A DNA stretch of 64,000 nucleotides from Harriotta raleighana (Eukaryota), in assembly GCA_050575255.1 (NCBI GenBank), contig JBNZDD010013651.1, positions 2,579,004 through 2,643,003 of the forward strand, given 5' to 3'. The notes beneath the pieces were generated by a model. That model was given only the letters and a program-made list of their open reading frames with translations. It made no database searches and was not told the DNA's origin. Each line of letters starts with the position of its first letter. Within the stretch, counting starts at the first letter, position 1. Positions 59,736 to 64,000 of the stretch are shown one piece after another. A program made the translations under genes and the position numbers.

Positions 59736-62095
59736 CAGGCTGAGCCAATGCTCCTACCTTCCATACCCACAGTTGTCCCCCATGTAACTGCAGGATATGT
59801 AAATGCAATTTGTCCTAATTTGGCATGTTGTCCTACATTGAGAGACTGACTGTGCATTAGTAAAATGGATTAGCCTCTCGCGATCGAGGGAAATGCAGGA
59901 ACAGAGATCTACCTTCAATTGTTTTGGGCCTCAACAATTTAACATTTCTGTTTGAGAAATCCGTTAAGCAGGGCTGCAAATTAGACCCCATGATTTGCCT
60001 ATTTACCTGCCAGCTTCATCAGAAAGTCAGAAAGCAGTCACCAGAAAAGAAGTACTTTTGCCAAGAACTACACAGACGGATCAGCCTTACATAGGAGTGC
60101 AGAGTGTGCGTCAATGTGTTAGTGAATAGATCTAGCTCATTGCTGAGCAAACATTCGCCAACCCCTATGAAGAGGTTGCTGATATTTCATCTCAGTTAAG
60201 AGTGTTTCATGACTCCTTATCCCTTGTGTACCATGTTCTGTCGTATCATCCTGCTTGTATGAATTCTATACCAGCTGGTCGAGCCACCGTTTATAGTGGG
60301 TGGATGCCTGTTGCTAAACATATATTGTTATGGAAAAAATCTTTCCTTTGAACATCCTATTTTTGATTTACAATGCCCCGACTGTGGGTTTTTTTCATAA
60401 CATTTACTGAAGTCAGTACTCCCGAGACATGCTGACTTGATGTCTCTTGATTGACGTGCTGTCCTGCACGTTTCCTCCACTCCGTTGATGTTTATGACTG
60501 TCAACGCTGTCAATTACAAACATAGGCACACAGTCTTTAAAACCAAGTGGAGGTTAAGCAAGAATACAGTCCTTATATGAATAGACATACGCTGTTAATG
60601 AGCTGGGGTCCAATTAGACGCAAAGTATGAAGCAGCATGAGGTGTTGGGTTTAGCAACCGTGGCACTTTGTCAAAGAAAACACCCAAATCTTGGCAGAGA
60701 TGCTTAAAGTAAGCACTTTGGATCACCAAATGCTTAAGTAAAAAGAACTGAAAAGAATTAAGTGCTAGTCAGTCATATCTCCATGTGGAATTAGAACAAA
60801 TTACCAGTAAAAATAGTGCAAAGCAAAAACAAAAATACACCCAGAAAAAATAAAGTGTTTCAGGGGTGTAAATCTTCATGGCACATTTTCCTTAACTCCT
60901 GACATCTTCACACATAAACTGTCGGCTGCATTTAGTGCAGCACCAAACACAAACTATTCTAAATGTTAATACTCTCAGATTTCCTCAGACATTCTTTGAC
61001 ACTACTTAATCGACTACAAAAGTACAACAGTATTTACTTCATGTGCTAAGCACCTTTAGATCACTGAACTGGAGATGAAAATGTGCAAAAAGGTTGTTCT
61101 CAGTCATTTGAAGACACAATTTAGCTCTTAGAATTGAACTAGCGACTGGTCTTCAATTGTTGTTATTCAACCGTTTAACCCTGGAGCTTGTGTTTTGGAA
61201 TCTATTACATATTTAATGCTCAGAGCACCACACGGCGGTTCACTTGTCACACACTTGCTCTTGTAGGAACCAACATTGGTGTACACTATCAAGGCTCCCG
61301 TTCCTGTTTTGACAGAATTTTTGTGGCAGACCTCATTGCATATGTGAGGTATGTGGCAAACGAAAAAAAATTGGTAAGAAAAAAAGATTGAATTCTTATT
61401 CAGAGCGGATTGAATTCTTATGTTTGCCACAAACGCTTTGAATAAGAATTCAATCATTTTTTTTCCAAAAAAAATTTCGACCAAATGTAAAGTCTATTTC
61501 GAAAATAGGTATTTCATTGGCATGGTAGGATTAGGGAGGCAGAGGAAGAGGGTATCAGCCTGATTCAGTTGGTAACAGTTGAACTTCTGGAGTAGAAAGG
61601 TTCCCACTGGCCTAGACTATGAATTCAAAGAGCAACCCGAAAATTTATGTACATAAAGATAAGCGCATACGGTGGACATTGGGGCACCTTCAGAAAATGG
61701 TAGNTGACCTTATCAGGGTGAGCGCATGGCTGTGGTGCACAGAGGGGCAGCTCCTAACCATTTTAAAGGGAGCATCCATGAAAAAAAGTGTGCACAACCT
61801 GTGTACGGTAAAATAAATCTACCATAAACAACAGAATTTTTTTGTATCAGAAAAAATGGAAAAAAAGATTTTGTTCATGTTTTGAATTTCTGTAGTCAAA
61901 AAAAATTAAAATTCCTGACTTAGGGCATGAACCCATAGAACCATAGAAATCTACAGCACAGAAGGAGGTCTTGTCTCTGTACATAGGTCAATCCACAACC
62001 TTCTGATTTAAACCAAGAGTGTTACTCACTGAGCCAGATTAACAGCTCATGGTGTTATGGAGATTAGATAGAGAAATTGGATCATAGACATAGAC

Positions 62096-62382
62096 CAGTG
62101 GTTCCCAACCCTTTTCAGTAATGTACCCCTTATTAATTTTCAACATTATCATGTACCCCCACTGAACACATACACACACCATCCCCCTCATTCCACTATG
62201 ACCAAGCTTTTTTTATATAACAAAATAACTAGCTTATACAAAATGAGGGAAATAACAATTAAATATACAATTTAGAAGACTATAAAACACAAAATAAGAG
62301 CTAAATAAATCAGTATACCTGTACCCCCTGGAAGTAATTTTGTACCCACTGGGGAACATGTACCCCTGGTTGAGAACTGCTG
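62096..62382. mobile_element. hAT (Charlie-like) MITE
   Basis: TIRs cagtggttcccaacc / ggttgagaactgctg, near-perfect 8-bp TSD ACATAGAC / ACATAGAA, repeated internal gtacccc motifs. Confidence 0.85.
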
Positions 62383-64000
62383 ACATAGAAAACTGCTGGT
62401 GACCCAATATAAGGGTCGCATTTCAACATCTCCTCCAAAGAACAGCATCTCCAATAATGCACCTCCTTAATGGACTGAATGTCCTCCTATCTCTATTCCT
62501 AGAACTGGCTGTGCTAATTGTCGGAGATGATCTTATCCTGCTGGCAGTCTGAGGGTTAAACTAAAAGTGTTGAAAACCGTGTGAGACAATCCACAATTGA
62601 CGTGGAACCCAAAACTCCCACCAGTGTGTGTTGGATTTCCAGCTGCTTTACAGAATTTAGATTCAATCTCTGCCAGTGTAAACTGTCTTGGCATGCCGGG
62701 AAACGATCAAAAACCGCAGAATCTTTAATAACAATTTGCTATGAAAACAATTAGCAGCTAATGTACCTACAGGAACATGTGCCAACATAAGAAAAGAATT
62801 TCGATATAAAGAACTTTTGAGGGAATTTACTGTGTTTTGATCTCTCACTGTAATGTATCCATTTTGATGGGCTAAGTGCTAGTTCAGCAAAATTGTCACC
62901 GGGCACTTAGCAGTAATTTAGTTGCATTGCAATTTTAAATGACAGATAATATTACATTACAAATATATAGAATCATCCAAATAGGGTGAGCCTTTTATAA
63001 GGCTCCTTGTTATCGCATAGGTTCACTTAAAATTCAGCTGTCATATGAACCCACGGCTACTTGAAGTGTAGTTCACTTCTGGCTTGAATGTGGACTGACC
63101 AGTTGTCTGTGCAGAAAATCAGGCCTCAAAATCACGACAGACCTGTCATGCCTGCACTCAGCAGCGTTTTGAGAGTTAGACACAGTGATTTCATTTCCTG
63201 CCCAGACAACAGTCCAACAAACATTCACCTACTCGCACCAGAAGCTGGAAGTGATAATAATAATATAATAATGATAATCGTTATATTTGACATATCGTCT
63301 GATCACATCGTCGAGATGTCTCAAAAGAGCTGCACAGATTATACTGTAAAGTGGAATGTGTTTTTTTTTTGAGGGCTAAAATGTCAGTCATTTTATGAGC
63401 TGAAACCACAAGATAGCATGTTTACTAAAATTCCTTTTATTTGACACAGCACCTATAACATCATAATGCTTCTCAAAATATTTCACAATGAAAGTGTTGT
63501 GAATGTATATTTGCAGGCAAACACAGCGATCATTTTGCACACAGCAATGTCCAACAAACTGCTAGAAGTTGAATTTTATTTGTGGGAATTTTTCTTTCCA
63601 TGGGATCTTTAATGGCCTACTGGAGAGGCAAACAGGATCGCAATTCAACATCTCCTCCAAAGGACAGCACCTCCAATAATGCAATACTCTTCCAACATGG
63701 GGTGAAGGGCAATCATGAGATTGCTTTTGCAAAATCATCACATAGGAAGGTGCTTTTTAAAGCAGATGCATGCCCAGTACTGAAAAGCATACAGGAGTAA
63801 ATTCATGAACAATAAAGTGTCCTGATATGTGTCCAGCCATTTCAATGAGCCCATTATTATATAGCCACAGAGTTTGCTGTTAGAAAATGATGGTAGGATG
63901 ATCTTTAGGAATTTTGCACCATAACACAATTATTTTTGACAAAATGCATTGCTTAAAAGCACAACTGATGTTAGAAAGTGAAGTTGAATTACTTACTATC

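Noticed and set aside
61175-62558. piggyBac element bounded by TTAA-CCCT ... AGGG-TTAA
   Set aside because: Inverted match is only 4 bp beyond TTAA and unrelated repeats intervene; boundaries unsupported.
1-64000. Prokaryotic systems (CRISPR arrays, operons, defence islands), rRNA genes
   Set aside because: The sequence is intron-containing vertebrate DNA. Repeats are dispersed SINE/LINE/MITE copies, not regularly spaced repeat-spacer arrays.

Overview
AT-rich, intron-containing vertebrate genomic DNA. The repeat repertoire (tRNA-headed SINEs with DeuSINE/AmnSINE-like cores, CR1 and L2 LINE relics, Penelope relics, TcMar and hAT MITEs) points to a cartilaginous fish; that is an inference. 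The only protein-coding gene I can support is the 3' part of a PKR-type eIF2-alpha kinase (EIF2AK2) on the + strand. It has at least 12 exons between 742 and the stop at 13872, encoding the C-terminal half of a dsRNA-binding motif, a Ser/Thr-rich linker and a complete kinase domain with all catalytic motifs intact. Its 5' end lies upstream of the window. Unusual traits of this PKR: an almost absent kinase insert, a PERK/HRI-like activation loop, no Asp at the dimer salt-bridge position, a GC-AG intron, and an unresolved reading phase in the linker. The remaining ~50 kb has no exons I can recognise and is mostly repeats. It contains Penelope termini with minimal hammerhead-ribozyme motifs (twice as head-to-head inverted pairs), short locally templated insertions inside repeats (a third lies in a PKR intron), a strong CTCF motif and a speculative two-exon ORF. 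Most ORFs in the supplied track are spurious or LINE-derived. Most single-N positions flanked by duplicated sequence look like assembly artefacts. All coordinates were read by eye; repeat boundaries are approximate.
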